Below the pieces are notes generated by a model. That model was not told where the DNA came from. It worked only from the letters and a program-made list of their open reading frames with translations, and did not search any database. Made by a program: the position numbers and the translations under genes. A DNA stretch of 32,000 nt from an uncultured bacterium (GTDB lineage: Bacteria > Auribacterota > JACPWU01): positions 30,001 through 62,000 of the forward strand of contig CAZXEQ010000001.1 in assembly GCA_964640155.1 (NCBI GenBank). The letters run 5' to 3'. Positions 12,001 to 17,176 of this stretch are shown here, piece after piece (the stretch's first letter is position 1; the number at the start of each line of letters is the position of its first letter).

Positions 12001-12853
12001 CTTGTTCTACTTTATTGATTTTGATTTTCTTCTCAAGCTCTTTGACATCCATCATCTTCTTGATATTCATGCTTCCAGAAATATTTGAAAGCCCGAGAGT
12101 CTTTACCTGAGCCAGAAGAAACTCAACATAAGCAGCAAATCCTATTTTATCCTGATTGTAGTCTTTCTCTTTTTTGAGAAGATTTTTAACTTCCGATGGA
12201 TAAATTTTATCTTCAAGAACTTTCACTTCATTTTCTAATTGAGTTAAAAGCCCATCTGCTTTTTCCTGAACGGACATAGATTTTTGGAAAGCAAGAAAGT
12301 TATTAAAATAAAGAGGAAGATTTTCAATACCTTTCATCAAAAGGGGCTTATCTTGAACAATCGAGAGATATTCAGCTCCCGTAATTTTCCCCTGTTGAAG
12401 CAAAAGTCGTGCAACTTGTTTACGAATTTCAACTTGAGGGAAAGCTGTGAATAGAGAAGTATCTACCAAACCAGAAGCAGCTTCTAAACCAATCAGTTTT
12501 AAACCATGATCAGAATGTTTTTTGAAAAATTCATTGAGAATTTTTGCAGAATTGGATTGAGCTTCGAAATTACAGTGAAGATCTTGAATGTGAATAATCA
12601 GGGGTTGATTTTGACCTTGAAACTTGGATTTTATAAACCCCAGACTGGGACTTACATGAAATTCGGATACGGTAGGAGAGCTGGATGATGATTTAGACTT
12701 TTGAACAGGTGATTCATTAATTTCCAAGCCTCTTGCAAAGGCAAAATCACTACACAAGAAGCTAAAAGCAACAAGAACTGAAGTAATTCGGATTCTTATC
12801 GAAAAACCGTTCTTTTTTGTAAAAAAATTCCGGGATTGATATTTCCTAACCAT
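2..12853 (-). CDS. Giant multidomain envelope protein; N-terminus complete, C-terminus beyond the window edge (at least 4,284 codons visible)
   Basis: I hand-translated the minus-strand frame (codon low coordinate = 2 mod 3) across all 214 sequence lines. The ATG is at 12853-12851, with GGGGAG 6 nt upstream and an in-frame upstream stop at 12884-12886. No stop codon occurs down to nt 2. The protein starts MVRKYQSRNFFTKKNGFSIRIRITSVLVAFSFLCSDFAFARGLE. A complete-ORF track would omit it because it has no stop in the window, and no other frame in 1-12853 holds a long ORF. Confidence 0.9.
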   Translation of the reverse strand, partial: MVRKYQSRNFFTKKNGFSIRIRITSVLVAFSFLCSDFAFARGLEINESPVQKSKSSSSSPTVSEFHVSPSLGFIKSKFQGQNQPLIIHIQDLHCNFEAQSNSAKILNEFFKKHSDHGLKLIGLEAASGLVDTSLFTAFPQVEIRKQVARLLLQQGKITGAEYLSIVQDKPLLMKGIENLPLYFNNFLAFQKSMSVQEKADGLLTQLENEVKVLEDKIYPSEVKNLLKKEKDYNQDKIGFAAYVEFLLAQVKTLGLSNISGSMNIKKMMDVKELEKKIKINKVEQERQDLMNVLSKKVAKEEFADLLTQGLYYRLEKIKAYEFYSSLEKAVLKAQVSLESYPNLSSYIEMVKIFNEIDSEALFGECDQILKDLQAAYLKDPKQKDLFEIGKSLKLLRDFYHLELLRSGLSYYYENEEKLKPSNLLVRLKEISLSVDRTFDVPDINFLDENIQPLKQFYDFAKERDKVMVQNMLESMKEAKSPVAVLVAGGFHSEGIAKQLEEKGISYVIITPKVTKLKLKTPYLSIMDDELSSMEQEMKVLSKKNEVKGKVSLSKLLSQPSDSTDTSSKQIPLVAYRGNSDQLGPLMLNMLPSALASFLAEIADPEIRRVAGTKAEAQQVSVRVALSLMRILASAQVTKLVTEGKKGQAGEMERGNTKEHTAHLNGFLLNRVREGLLSDEEAASIRERLSDALSAVEVDSEKIQRLGDDYYIPVVVYGQPMGIILKVGVIEKAEELSPEASFVEMNEFQLKRLAACLTHSTNIGEKKRVAQEVLADLAGRGQDVAVFFALFFKKFGNFQSERKSWLDEMIHPHRAGPEVTVEYPPVILFVDPTQKGEGKFSDGDLERVETLMEGSEVLAGHQSLVQWRQTLLTQYPFLAQMQEAARVRVAVIHKPELKVESNQTRPSIWQGFRKEISLVWGIRELEGITARWTFSILSLIGKFISKTFISITLGFALGLVWKVIEGVAAYFAKKPEMVVWDGQKIVINLAYGSLDDENFEDNLKEALLKATSAIEEELARVSSLKPLGLRPEQLGHWLDLHDVVGKEDVRFVHREGKKEIGFSRVSLSARDHASAAYSIPGPESFELSANFTGFSADDFELFTSEALDRLVKKGVMTSEKVQELKSKERPGFVYAYDFVDPFGKGAAPLAIPQPVDENFTGRWESETYVAQFLEGKLLSARRKVNVRVEYQKGNPVRFYDQTTAKVFDLPQASKKDFTGPKFYPELGLFCEFVHGRLVYFRELDPVEYLIGEAVESSERLEDEKVVSAREEVQLIYHEGKPFAILKVDVKGQAKAFQIRSDMSQEVFDALLGQYHQSRPVDMDTLKTEMTHRQHFDRNPHGGLWVLYQALRDHACPLRDVLGEMIEKIERKEEITAEDLLDYKGKLGEEDRALLELAWNPLALSIPTRVVLKGVEGLGYASVAVMAGGVAYHAAESSGILGDSHSPLASPGPVVTVLPDNSSSTLFSETPISSVPVVQVLEEAEHQLDQQIAALTPRAVGTDIQTSTTSNQNGALVVQTTTTSSVEQKPGVPSVVLEPGSSEAIQALRQNLGQATERRRTLRAKMTENRGQMLAREAATSPTTETGALPEPVPPAEMDLRQTIEQALNHHDHLPRTEADVARAMYDFQEGANGIGLHLILRGDYRNFTFYGHADDDGSFAQPLNWLQVSAVLRFGYRFDPVRAAATHFALRNWDVARQMAQRDRHQVVMDTVQAYVSLLMAQLKVEMVREYQRDVNGLYNAAQALHTGQTLSDAEFSNVEAARGQAGVFLREAESVLHRAQTELARQMGFSRRGNLHVRGFSPEFVTRIQGLQGADFTTAVINEVNGVMEETLIRSHRLDPELLYTARDRALQAQRSVMDRSNRFTFDASVIVEGMRRINFDPRFDVGGAWTGTLGADLSVGYVLSNLGYTGAAREVVEQQRRLLRVARDNDRRTNQFHREEFELDWRNRMTVLNMLATIPQLPTSEVIPDDVAARLGTMRERLEVRRRQVEALQGYTQARAQWMEAEIQTVQQTQRLTPEALSGIQRNDILARAVQNNPNIQRLNAELRLAQARRALASASRRPQLSIFARAQVYYTFHAADSGHDFFSPDRTFSEQGIFSNLGAGVAITGMLPWLGATQEEIDAAEVLESHIRAQIDQERSHVIESLSDKFLRYQDLQEDIAKLDQEINFRRPFVQYMNAHTNLYGSLVIQGQEQALRRAEAEKTRAETQLRQIKIEILHLMGMGQVTDEMINALQIPSGDLLELSTGYDGSARLRVLEADVARNRRLSSVAGSLRPIEFDLRGRGFVDRPDRVLASNPENPLSLQPPSPTPSPIPGWEVMLTLTGRFGGSSRDAVQRRAEQAMEDAQTERAVYLRQKEQDLSAAHRNYEQSLNQIREIQADLVRIRQALQLHLRMTGQEFDPNVVANMDPNVHEGTVLEDRVQEVEALQRLDRAVRSFRSAVRILMHYGEERSHYSRDWQEALRVNVQRPTPTRSPQILSFERVLAMALDPEGPNALPSIQRAHHRVEEARQGVIDAVTNQVREPLTMRTSAGLISTNIGSISPAPAQDYLRAGFNQAVTGEATLNLQWSNFRSIGAAQHRLDEAQASFQRERVRATLELMQAYHDLLLARRVEEIRRSDQATVQEFISTVQRRYTEQAAVSGSTTLRDSNDAQRLEATQRLLLAEHPVAMAEERLRVLLGRDVDFPPTAQLNDQVPAWLRDQVGFDSWVDARLRSLFSNPNAANSPLNRAVLPEVHHVEGAEFDVTTPIFHHLGSLNLRGSGLELLSGAVGAGAEWTFALYEGGRISSERRIARIRLAGAESELRERRREMGLELEAKIQDFQDSVLRVIEAQRYFEAQKTAWRQFRESYTAEETTSTVGAGQWIMTYTRYQEALSVFLSALSDFSQKREVLKAYLLPLGISLERLVEHAEERSGNVATSTSERSLDEIRQEQVLLQGELAKLDESIRSLRTDLRRQRREAARQRATTSQQAAHGPEITPAPSQETLVRLMRARTRLNSLLESLRGRHFSEDELVDIRRQIIQIFEETQFSPEDIAAFQTRWNLMLSSQTALPRAESNTLPSIAPLTTERVSLGALLSDSSTETSGTRVQGGFPVSLSPLPSGGWGVRMSTTTSPTLWDRISDVLIPTAYAQPRPDSGTAVRPRVTGASIGLQPDERELGNSLLSTWESMRRKVDPETGLIYDTAAIRGNGLVPTNPIHRITNIGFYLVSIAVLRDLGVLDLDLARDLTLRTLQTLSTLPRHRGFFYAAYFPKNSRLPQQRLQPAESWISSIDNGNLRGSLIALRGAYLRDQSLQGRAILQIIDRIIFGETREGRVIQPPQDLSVFLDRQYHDPQDPNSQYLALVLTPALDDLSQPFPPQRAFRFLGAPASSPINHINLNLFGGEFGSEATLTTLLGVAMGEMPMERLTDLRVRVYNPRPGLVAPMSFFGASFQIGIPPLLTNVDENASAYRSLLQGEAQLRVDRGSRLDPSSFEGLGLNTQGLWADLRDNGHYIDNDGRVLDSVRTLDSADDLQLGAAYTSKKNDIFLILHQVSLRQGMMAAHSASLVNNRGDYAGELGLRELRMVRNWDPSYETVFTPHAAFLALPFVASYTDVTTSLQTLRVRYPGHEAQEATADHGATQAQLPAYHTNLGWVDAVNLERSEVVGRTVALNDAMGLLALAQALGANPGDYVDHTLSDPAFRAQVQTHLPNRRNPIHTMAELGQALDPVLRAQVRRDQHVEIPAPRPNPHLHLRSGQTTLERGRQILEALSQSRLQLPQAVVVPEEDYERVDLTARSGTGWDGHAFPFWNVEQHNELARQDAERRRSDRALSVERWRSREAARERAIEDEWHEREARREDDSRIRERRLAELERDYARRQAATRTEVRSLLSLLRDFSLRPHVRHMRGSPSLVSGGAVSGVLNSLGAAVGDGRVMNLNDWTLVFDRYARSRNMSASDMQTYFSNIHRVIPLLRSGALSGSPLPDFLANSFEALIPMETLDLFSNRDIGAGVNLKFLGLASYYALFLMQHPMADAALREHIEHDSLLFRGISNVAHRRSVTEGFPQGAMLSPVLQPAEAANVDPTIRDLRRLAYHDRLFRQRVFNAEFQKVSDGERSQGRNAMRGPLAGFYSQVTGASRQFNENYASQGYLTVWDTYVRSRPQGVSIETLGEVVSAIHSRVNRFYHGQIRVRDTARLAYWRALGNIAQANAVMQLSRESVSMARDVAWANFALNYLKDANDTPEDLARKLSAWLDKLERFRSAVEVLYGHLDLDSSRDIGALSSWVRLAESVDARPEQFR
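1840..3340 (-). other. Glucoamylase-like (PF10091/DUF3131/GH144-type) (alpha/alpha)6 glycoside-hydrolase-like domain of the giant protein (aa about 3,170-3,670)
   Basis: Motifs TNPIHRITNIGFYLVSIAVLRDLGVLDLDLARDLTLRTLQTLSTLPRHRGFFYAAY...WISSIDNGNLRGSLIALRGAY and YHTNLGWVDAVNLERSEVVGRTVALNDAMGLLALAQAL. They resemble the GFFYhW...S.iD...L and GyGf.DafN...iDqGp.l motifs of that family. Recalled from memory, not searched. Confidence 0.45.
4142..8068 (-). other. Six OEP (TolC-type) repeats forming three TolC-protomer-sized units inside the giant protein (aa about 1,596-2,904)
   Basis: Three consecutive units of about 425-435 aa (about nt 8068-6800, 6799-5500 and 5499-4142). Each opens with a TolC-like N-terminal motif: MDLRQTIEQALNHHDHLP; LSGIQRNDILARAVQNNPNIQRLNAELRLAQARRAL; ILSFERVLAMALDPEGPNALPSIQRAHHRVEEARQ. 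Each also contains OEP signatures such as ATLNLQWSNFRSIGAAQHRLDEAQASFQRERVRATLELMQAYHDLLLARRVEEIRRS and AEWTFALYEGGRISSERRIARIRLAGAESELRERRRE. Confidence 0.75.
9941..10063 (-). other. Internal hydrophobic transmembrane segment(s) of the giant protein (aa about 931-971)
   Basis: Translation WTFSILSLIGKFISKTFISITLGFALGLVWKVIEGVAAYFA, flanked by charged residues. Confidence 0.5.
11300..12680 (-). other. N-terminal module of the giant protein, paralogous to the neighbouring 1,063-aa protein; ChaN/TraB/GumN/Tiki-like His motifs
   Basis: Giant PLIIHIQDLHCNFEAQSNSAKILNEF...LKLIGLEAASG aligns with neighbour TVLLVQDAHCNFEAQRNTSEILNSL...IPLIGLEGAQG. Giant FYDFAKERDKVMVQNMLESMKEAKSPVAVLVAGGFHSEGIAKQLEEKGISYVIITPKV aligns with neighbour FYEFALQRDEAMLNASLQGMEEKKVSLMMLVTGGFHTQGIAQALKEKDISFFIITPKV. 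The spacing between the two His motifs is about 390-400 aa in both proteins. The superfamily assignment is an inference from this motif pattern. Confidence 0.6.
12731..12853 (-). other. Predicted Sec signal peptide of the giant protein (aa 1-41)
   Basis: Basic n-region (RKYQSRNFFTKKNGFSIRIR), hydrophobic core ITSVLVAFSFLC and an AFA-R cleavage-like site. Assigned by eye only. Confidence 0.55.
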
Positions 12854-12904
12854 TTGCAACTCCCCGCCCCCCAGTTTATATAACTACTTCTCTCTCTTTA
12901 GTTA

Positions 12905-12913
12905 ATTATACCA
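12905..12913 (-). promoter_or_regulatory. Alternative extended -10 element (TGGTATAAT) upstream of the giant gene
   Basis: The minus strand reads TGgTATAAT at 12913-12905, about 50 nt upstream of the ATG. Confidence 0.35.
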
Positions 12914-12937
12914 TAGAGATGCAAATTTCACATATAT

Positions 12938-12966
12938 GCTATACCACATGAAATATCAGATGTCAA
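12938..12966 (-). promoter_or_regulatory. Candidate sigma-70 promoter for the giant gene (TTGACA-17 nt-TATAGC)
   Basis: On the minus strand, TTGACA is at 12966-12961, followed by a 17-nt spacer and TATAGC at 12943-12938. The site is about 85 nt upstream of the ATG. Confidence 0.4.
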
Positions 12967-13027
12967 ATTTCGACATAAAGATTCTTTAACGTATAAGTTT
13001 ATTTTATAAGCAATTTTAGATTAAGGC

Positions 13028-13552
13028 TTAAGGATTTGTATTTTTTGAATCTTGGGATGTTACTTTTTGATCAGAAGGCAGATTATTGGTGGGCCCTCGC
13101 TTCAAACCAGCCAAATAGTTCTCAAACCAGACAGGAACTTGATAACCATGGGTCTTAGCCAGCTTCAAATGGGCCTCAGATTTTGAAACATCAGGAGGGT
13201 TTTTTCTGGCAAAACTGATCGCAAGAGAATAATGGGTCAAAGCAAACTTCTCATCCATTTTCAGGCCTTTTTCAAGTTCCTGAATAGCTCTTGTAAAATC
13301 CTCTTTCCCCATCCAACATACGCCATAATACACTTGAGCTTTGACGTTGGAAGGTTCACTAGATAACACTTTTTCAAAAAGCGGCAAAGCTTCTGCATAT
13401 TGAGCTTTTTGATAAAGATCATGCGCTTGGTTAAAAATAGCTTGTGTATCTTCTTCTTTTTGAGCTGGATCAGAAGAAGAGATAGGTTCTGAATAAACAT
13501 TTAATCCAAATGTTAAAACCAAAAGAAGATTCCAAAATACAATTTTTCTCAT
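13028..13552 (-). CDS. Secreted TPR-repeat protein (174 aa)
   Basis: ORF track entry. N-terminal signal peptide MRKIVFWNLLLVLTFGLNVYS. TPR-like repeats (AIFNQAHDLYQKAQYAEALPLFEKVLSSEPSNVKAQVYYGVCWMGKEDFTRAIQELEKGLKMD). AAGGA Shine-Dalgarno about 8 nt upstream of the start. Confidence 0.75.
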   Translation of the reverse strand: MRKIVFWNLLLVLTFGLNVYSEPISSSDPAQKEEDTQAIFNQAHDLYQKAQYAEALPLFEKVLSSEPSNVKAQVYYGVCWMGKEDFTRAIQELEKGLKMDEKFALTHYSLAISFARKNPPDVSKSEAHLKLAKTHGYQVPVWFENYLAGLKRGPTNNLPSDQKVTSQDSKNTNP

Positions 13553-13656
13553 CAGTTCATTCCTTAAGTTTGGAGAGAGCTACGAGTTAAGAACCGGCAC
13601 GGCCAAGTAGGTATATAGTAGCTTTACTACAAGAACTAGCCCTATAGGGTTTGCTG

Positions 13657-13729
13657 GTCATCCCCGAATGTTTTAATCGGGGATCCATTTGTATACAGTG
13701 GATTCCCGCTTACAGATTGCGGGAATGAC
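13657..13729. repeat. Cloverleaf-like triple hairpin (GC-rich structured element) in the intergenic spacer
   Basis: Outer stem gtca 13657-13660 / tgac 13726-13729 encloses three adjacent hairpins: tccccga 13661-13667 / tcgggga 13677-13683; tcca 13684-13687 / tgga 13699-13702 around the palindrome tgtataca; ttcccgc 13703-13709 / gcgggaa 13719-13725. Confidence 0.5.
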
Positions 13730-13797
13730 AATCTTTGTAGTTAAACTTAACACGTTTGTATTAATTTCTTTATATCCCTTAACTCTTGGCCCTATTT

Positions 13798-16700
13798 TTA
13801 CGCCGATTGTCCTAAAACCTCATCTTCCATACCACCCAGCGCATTCAACTCTTGCGATGCATCCATGCTGGGCTGAGGAGGAAGATCCATATGACCTTCA
13901 ACAGCAACTCCCTTTAAAGCTCCCACAATTTTCTCTCGAGTCATTCCTGTACGAGCTAAATTCTTCTCTAATGCATCTACCAATTCTTGAGGGGGTTCAA
14001 ATTTTTCCCCTGTTCCTACTAAGCTCTTAACTTCATTGACAATCACGACAGCTTCTGTAAAAGAAGTCGCTTCTCCCAATTGACCTTGTTCAATAACAAA
14101 TGCCAAATGCTTGGCCAAACGGCCCGCTAATTTTTCCTTACTTTCTACAAAAAGAACAATGTTTTTTGCATCTATTTTTACTTTTTCAGCAATAGCTCGA
14201 GACAATGTATCCAAAATATTTTCTTCTGCCTTCTTTTCAGAAATCACATCATTAACTCCCACAAAAAGCGCTGCATCGCCAGGCAACCCAAATAAATTCA
14301 AAATATTCTGCCTGACTTGAGCATACGCAGAAGCAGGGACACTTTCATCCAAACTAATTAAAGCTAATTTTAAAGTTTGCTCTGCAGGGGTTCCTCTGAC
14401 ACGAGCAATGAGATTCTTAATTGTAGCAATGACTTCTCCTGCTTGAACGCTCGGCTTAGCTTGCACACTGCCATTTTCAACGGTCACAGATTCAAAAAGT
14501 AAATTAGTTAATAAACCAATGGCCATGGGTTCGGTAAAATCTTTTTCGTACAAACTTGCAATCGATGCACCTTTTTCCTCCAAAGTAAGCCGCGCTGATG
14601 TGGCAACTCGCTCTTTATTACGCACGTCAATACCCACTTCAGGATTTACAGCCAATTGATCTTTAAATCTAATTTTCAAATCTCCATAAAGTCTTGCAGC
14701 TATCTCAAAATCAGAAACAGAAACCGCAGCTGTATAAAGTGCATCCACCATGCGCTTGGCTTGATTCAAATCATCCAAAGCAAAAGTGATTTCTAAGTCA
14801 GCTAAAACTTTTCCTAAACTTTCAATTGTTACATCACTCGAAGCCAGACGATCAAATAAAACTTGTGCTTTGTCTCCATCCACTTCCACGCTCAAATTTT
14901 TCAAAGCTGCTATCAACCATTGATTTCTCAAAGCCGTCTGAGCATTTGAAACATTTTGGGGAGTTTCAAACGCAGAAAAAGCAATAATACCCTCACTTGA
15001 ATCCATTGAGCCGGTTACATCTCCTCCATTGACTCGCGTTGGAACCAATCCTCGAGATGCCGCGCGAGCTTGAATATTTGCTGGCGCCTTTTCTCCCTGA
15101 CTCAAAATCACAACACTTTCACGGCGACTGACTTTCCCGTCTTCACCTTTGACTTCATAGGAAATAGGCATTTCTACATAAGTGATTCCATTCTCAACCT
15201 TTAATCGAGGGGGTGAAATCCAAACTTGTTCGGCCCCTAATTTTTCTCTTAAAGACGCGAGATCTTGATAAGCCTTTAACAAGGCTAATTGTAAAGTTAA
15301 AAGAGCTTGCCCCTTTTGATAAAAAGGTTCTAGCGTCATTCGAAGAATTGCAAAAAGCTCTCTCATGCTGCGCCTGCGTCCATCGGACATGGAATCTTTT
15401 GCTGTGACCAACGGGACTTGAACAGCCAAAGCACTCCCCTGACTCAACCATTGATCGAGTGGAGACAATTCATTCATCAAAATTGAAAAATAGGGAATTG
15501 GGACATTTTTCTGAATCACTTTGGGAGTAATAATAAAAAAGCTAATATCTTTTTCTTTGAGTGCTTGGGCAATTCCTTGGGTATGAAATCCCCCTGTTAC
15601 AAGCATCATCAAAGAAACTTTCTTTTCCTCCATCCCTTGCAGTGAAGCATTCAACATCGCTTCATCTCTTTGTAACGCAAATTCGTAAAAAGCTTTAAAC
15701 AAACTTGTCACTCCTTCTAAATTCTTCAAATCTTCAGGAAACACAAGAGGAACTTGTCGATCATCTGCTATTTTAGCTAAAGGAGAAACGATTTTATCCC
15801 ATTCAAATTCATCTGAGTGCTTCTGAAAATATTCAAACTCTGAATTTGAAATACGAAAATGACAAAGGCGGGTAATCAAACCTACTTTTACATCAATTTC
15901 ATTTAATTCCTTCTCTTGAGCACTCTGAAGTAGTTTTTCTTTTAATCCATTTGTTAATCCTTCGATTTTTTCAAAAAGTTCTGGCTCCAAAATTTCTTTC
16001 ACATGATAAATATAATTGTGATAAATAGCCACTTGAGGGAAGTTTTTAAGATCAATATTTCTATCTTTTGAAAGACGAAATAAAAATCCATAATATTTCC
16101 ACGCTGAAAGGCGATTGGTTTTAAAAAGAAGAGTTTGAGAAAGTAACTGGCCTGAAATTTCAGGAGCTAAATCTTTACTCAATTGATTGATTAAGTCTGC
16201 CCTTTGTTTTTCTAACAATTCAAAATCAAGCTGCTTTTCCAGCATAAAAACATTCTGTTGCTCAGCAACAACCGATTGAGGATCAACCTTATGCCCGACG
16301 CTTTCAGCAAAATCCATCAAACTCGAGAAATAAGGTTGAAATAGAATCTCCCCTCTTTCATAAGATTGCAAAATGCGATCCAATTCAAACATCTTCTTTG
16401 AATAAACTTTTTCTTTCAGCTGATCTAAATTTTCCTGAAGTGCTTGAAAAGCAGGTTCAAACTTCTGAAAAGAACGATAAGCATTCCTAAATGCTTCCAA
16501 ATTTTTAAAATAAAGATCACGAGACTCAACGCCCAGAAGTTCTGTCCCCTTGGCCAAATCAGAATTAATCACAAAAAATTCTGGTCCGGTAAGCCAGGCG
16601 TCCTTCAAAAAAGAATATGTAATCTCTTGAACAGCCTGTCGATTAGGATCAGAGGCAAAAAGATCTTCTTCAAACTCACCTTGTGCGCCTTCTAAGCCAA

Positions 16701-16989
16701 TCAAAGGAATGGCTTTAGTTTGACTTAAAGAATTCAAAATTTCAGATGTATTACGCTGTGCTTCAAAATTGCAATGGGCATCCTGCACCAACAGAACGGT
16801 TTTACCTGATTTCCCTTTAAAAGACCCATTCACTTTTCCAAAAGCTTCACTAAAGTCCGGGGTATAAGTTTCTTGCTTGTCTGAAAAAACAGGAGAAAGG
16901 AAAATAAAACTTGAGAAATAAAGAGAAATGAATACCCAATGGAAAAGCCCTAACCGTTTTAAAGAGAAATTCTTAACTAAAAAAGGCAT
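13798..16989 (-). CDS. Large secreted or anchored protein (1,063 aa), paralog of the giant protein N-terminal ChaN/Tiki-like module; C-terminal half unassigned
   Basis: ORF track entry. Hydrophobic N-terminus LGLFHWVFISLYFSSFIFLSPVFS. The motifs VLLVQDAHCNFEAQ, LIGLEGAQG and LVTGGFHTQGIAQALKEKDISFFIITPKV are shared with the giant ORF. Confidence 0.85.
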   Translation of the reverse strand: MPFLVKNFSLKRLGLFHWVFISLYFSSFIFLSPVFSDKQETYTPDFSEAFGKVNGSFKGKSGKTVLLVQDAHCNFEAQRNTSEILNSLSQTKAIPLIGLEGAQGEFEEDLFASDPNRQAVQEITYSFLKDAWLTGPEFFVINSDLAKGTELLGVESRDLYFKNLEAFRNAYRSFQKFEPAFQALQENLDQLKEKVYSKKMFELDRILQSYERGEILFQPYFSSLMDFAESVGHKVDPQSVVAEQQNVFMLEKQLDFELLEKQRADLINQLSKDLAPEISGQLLSQTLLFKTNRLSAWKYYGFLFRLSKDRNIDLKNFPQVAIYHNYIYHVKEILEPELFEKIEGLTNGLKEKLLQSAQEKELNEIDVKVGLITRLCHFRISNSEFEYFQKHSDEFEWDKIVSPLAKIADDRQVPLVFPEDLKNLEGVTSLFKAFYEFALQRDEAMLNASLQGMEEKKVSLMMLVTGGFHTQGIAQALKEKDISFFIITPKVIQKNVPIPYFSILMNELSPLDQWLSQGSALAVQVPLVTAKDSMSDGRRRSMRELFAILRMTLEPFYQKGQALLTLQLALLKAYQDLASLREKLGAEQVWISPPRLKVENGITYVEMPISYEVKGEDGKVSRRESVVILSQGEKAPANIQARAASRGLVPTRVNGGDVTGSMDSSEGIIAFSAFETPQNVSNAQTALRNQWLIAALKNLSVEVDGDKAQVLFDRLASSDVTIESLGKVLADLEITFALDDLNQAKRMVDALYTAAVSVSDFEIAARLYGDLKIRFKDQLAVNPEVGIDVRNKERVATSARLTLEEKGASIASLYEKDFTEPMAIGLLTNLLFESVTVENGSVQAKPSVQAGEVIATIKNLIARVRGTPAEQTLKLALISLDESVPASAYAQVRQNILNLFGLPGDAALFVGVNDVISEKKAEENILDTLSRAIAEKVKIDAKNIVLFVESKEKLAGRLAKHLAFVIEQGQLGEATSFTEAVVIVNEVKSLVGTGEKFEPPQELVDALEKNLARTGMTREKIVGALKGVAVEGHMDLPPQPSMDASQELNALGGMEDEVLGQSA

Positions 16990-17044
16990 TGCCTTACCTT
17001 CTGTTCAATCCAAGAGTGGAAAATCATTAAAAAGACCTACTCTA

Positions 17045-17073
17045 AATATAGCTTAAAAACCTTCGAAAGTCAA
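17045..17073 (-). promoter_or_regulatory. Candidate sigma-70 promoter for the 1,063-aa gene (TTGACT-17 nt-TATATT)
   Basis: On the minus strand, TTGACT is at 17073-17068, followed by a 17-nt spacer and TATATT at 17050-17045. The site is about 55 nt upstream of the ATG at 16989. Confidence 0.45.
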
Positions 17074-17123
17074 GAAAGGGGGTTTATCAAAGAAGGAAAA
17101 TAGAGATACCGTTTATCTAGTTA

Positions 17124-17166
17124 GCGGGTGGCACTCGGTGGGGCGCTGTCGAGTGACAGGACCCGC
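17124..17166 (-). other. GC-rich stem with mutually exclusive inner hairpins, 11 nt downstream of the trmL stop; atypical terminator or RNA element
   Basis: Outer stem gcgggt 17124-17129 / acccgc 17161-17166. Inner pairing is either cactcg 17132-17137 / cgagtg 17150-17155 or ctgtc 17146-17150 / gacag 17155-17159. No U-tract follows. Confidence 0.35.
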
Positions 17167-17176
17167 AATTTTCACC

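Noticed and set aside
19-12688. Short plus-strand ORFs of 60-111 aa listed by the track inside the first 12.8 kb (for example 3958-4251, 4276-4611, 7050-7301, 9649-9897).
   Set aside because: All are antisense to the continuous minus-strand giant ORF. Their composition is low-complexity, Leu/Ser/Pro/Gln-rich and typical of antisense frames. None has a recognisable motif or Shine-Dalgarno sequence.
1-12853. The idea that the ORF-poor 12.8 kb is non-coding, a decayed pseudogene, or uses an alternative genetic code.
   Set aside because: Under the standard code one minus-strand frame is fully open and encodes coherent domains (OEP repeats, a paralogous N-terminal module). The neighbouring genes are also read normally with the standard code.
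13657-13729. The triple hairpin as a tRNA or tRNA pseudogene.
   Set aside because: It has no GTTCGAAT-type T-loop and no D-loop consensus. Its arm lengths (7-bp stems, 9-nt loops) and 4-bp closing stem do not fit a tRNA.
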